A stretch of 63,118 nt of DNA, counting the filler, from Chiloscyllium plagiosum (taxonomy: Eukaryota): NCBI RefSeq assembly GCF_004010195.1. It is 5 parts of one record of this genome, joined end to end, with 100 filler letters (N's around TTAATTAATTAA, not from the genome) between each part and the next. Parts side by side here need not be neighbours in the genome. Positions count along the whole stretch, not along the records: positions 61,463 to 63,118 come from NC_057712.1; 4 more parts are not named here. The stretch is one strand, 5' to 3'. Each line of letters begins with the position of its first letter. The stretch's first letter is position 1. Below are positions 61,463 to 63,118 of the stretch, piece by piece. The position numbers and the translations under genes were made by a program. Below the pieces are notes generated by a model. That model ran no database searches and was not told the DNA's origin. It saw nothing but the letters and a program-made list of their open reading frames with translations.

Positions 61463-63118
61463 TCTCTATCATGTGGCACGGGTAACAAACCAGAGACAAC
61501 AACTCTGTTTGTTCTAACTCTGAGCTTCCAACCTAACTCCCTGAAAGCCTGCCTAACATCCTCAGCCCTCTTCCTACCTATGTCGTTGGTGCCAATATGG
61601 ACCACGACTTCGGGCTGCTCCCCCTCCCCCTCCAGGACCCGGAAAACACGATCAGAGACATCACGTACCCTTGCACCTGGGAGGCAACATACCAAACGTG
61701 AGTCTCTCTCGCCCCCACAAAACCGCCTATCTGTGCCCCGAACTAGCGAGTCCCCAATAACTATTGCTCTGCTCTTCTCCACCCTTCCCTTCTGAGCAAC
61801 GGGGACAGGTTCCATGCCAGAGGCCTGAACCCCATTGCTTACTCCTGGTAAGTCTTCCCCCCCACAAGTATGCAAAACGGTATACTTGTTCTTGAGGGGA
61901 ATGGCTGCAGGGGGTCCCTGCACTGGCTGCTTCCTCCCAGTCCCCCTCACTGTCACCCATCTGTTTGCAATCTTTGGAGTTACTACTTCCCTAAAGCTCC
62001 GATCTATGACCCCCTCTGCCTCCCGAATGATCCTAAGTTCATCCAACTCCAGCTCCAGTTCCCTAACACGGTCTTGGAGGAGCTGGAGATGGGTGCACTT
62101 CCTGCAAGTGTAATCAGCAGGGACGTTGTAAAATCTCCTTGGATTCTCCTTAATTCTATTTGCTAAAGCTACCTCATGTCCCCTTTTTGCCCTCCTGATT
62201 TCCCTATTCAGTATACTCCTATTTGCTTTATACTCTTCTAAGGATTCACTCGATCTATCCTGTCTATGCCTTACATATGCTTCCTTATTTTTCTTAACCA
62301 AGCCCTCAATTTCTTTAGTCATCCAGTATTCCTTATACCTACCAAACTTTCCTTTTACTCTGACAGGAATATACTTTCTCTGGATTCTCGTTATCTCATT
62401 TCTGAAGGCTTCCCATTTTCCAGCCGTCCCTTTACCTGTGAACATCTGCCCCAAATAAGCTTTTGGCCTTTCTCCAATTTAAAACTTCAACTTTTAGATC
62501 TGGTCTATCCTTTTCCATCATTATTTTAAATCTAATAGAATTATGGTCGCTGGCCCCAAAGTGCTCCCCCACTGACACCTCAGTCACCTGCCCTGCCTTA
62601 TTTCCCAAGAGTAAGTCAAGTTTTGCTCCTTCTCTCGTAGGACACCCACATATTGAATTAGAAAATTGTCTTGTACACACTTAACAAATTCCTCTCCATC
62701 TAAAACCTTAACATTATGACAGTCCCAGTCTATGTTTGGAAAGTTATAATCCCCTACCATAACCACCCTATTATTCTTACAGATATCTGAGATCTACTTA
62801 CAAGTTTGTTTCTCAATTTCCCTCGGACTATTAGGGGGTCTATAATACAATCCCAATAAGGTTATCATCCCTTTCCTATTTCTCAGTTCCACCCAAATAA
62901 CTTCCCTGGATGTATTTCCGGGAATATCCTCCCTCAGCACAGCTGTAATGCTATCCCTTATCAAAAATGCCATCCCCCTCCTCTCTTGCCCATCCTTTCT
63001 GTAGCATTTGTATCCTGGAACATTAAGCTGCCAGTCCTGCCCATCCCTGAGCCATGTTTCTGTAATTGCTACAATGTCTCAGTCCCATGTCCCTAACCAT
63101 GCCCTGAGTTTATCTGCC
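61463..63118 (-). mobile_element. CR1 sequences: ORF2 APE/linker (63118-62130) joined directly to ORF1 zinc finger/zipper/esterase (62125-61463)
   Basis: DIVAITETW, VGDYNFPNIDW, GASDHN, KENPRRFY, then YTCRKCTHLQLLQDRVRELELELDELRII, IVIGDSLVRG, CCLPGARV, VVVHIGTND. Confidence 0.9.

Overview
Eukaryotic, repeat-dense vertebrate DNA, almost certainly from a shark or other elasmobranch. That assignment rests on multiple HE1-type tRNA/V-SINE copies with CR1 tails. Most of the window is nested, decayed transposable elements: many CR1 LINE fragments (one near full length with ORF1 zinc finger/leucine zipper/SGNH esterase and ORF2 APE), a Rex1/Babar LINE, L1/Tx1 3' ends, at least four Penelope-like element (PLE) terminal-repeat families, probable Gypsy-type LTRs and a PIF/Harbinger transposase relic. 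The only host-gene signal I can support is one perfect 54-bp Gly-X-Y collagen exon on the minus strand (7199-7252), which the ORF track misses, so the window is probably mostly giant intron(s) of a collagen gene. The most interesting non-coding signal is that all four PLE repeat families carry minimal hammerhead-ribozyme motifs. The catalytic core is conserved while the stems differ completely yet still pair, and one copy is a 250-bp coding-free, TSD-flanked inverted unit. Also notable are serial retro-insertions at one 14-bp target, a templated local insertion and an in-frame ORF2-ORF1 CR1 chimera. The ttaattaattaa motifs inside 100-bp N gaps are assembly spacers. All family assignments come from motif recognition without database searches, and boundaries of decayed elements are approximate.
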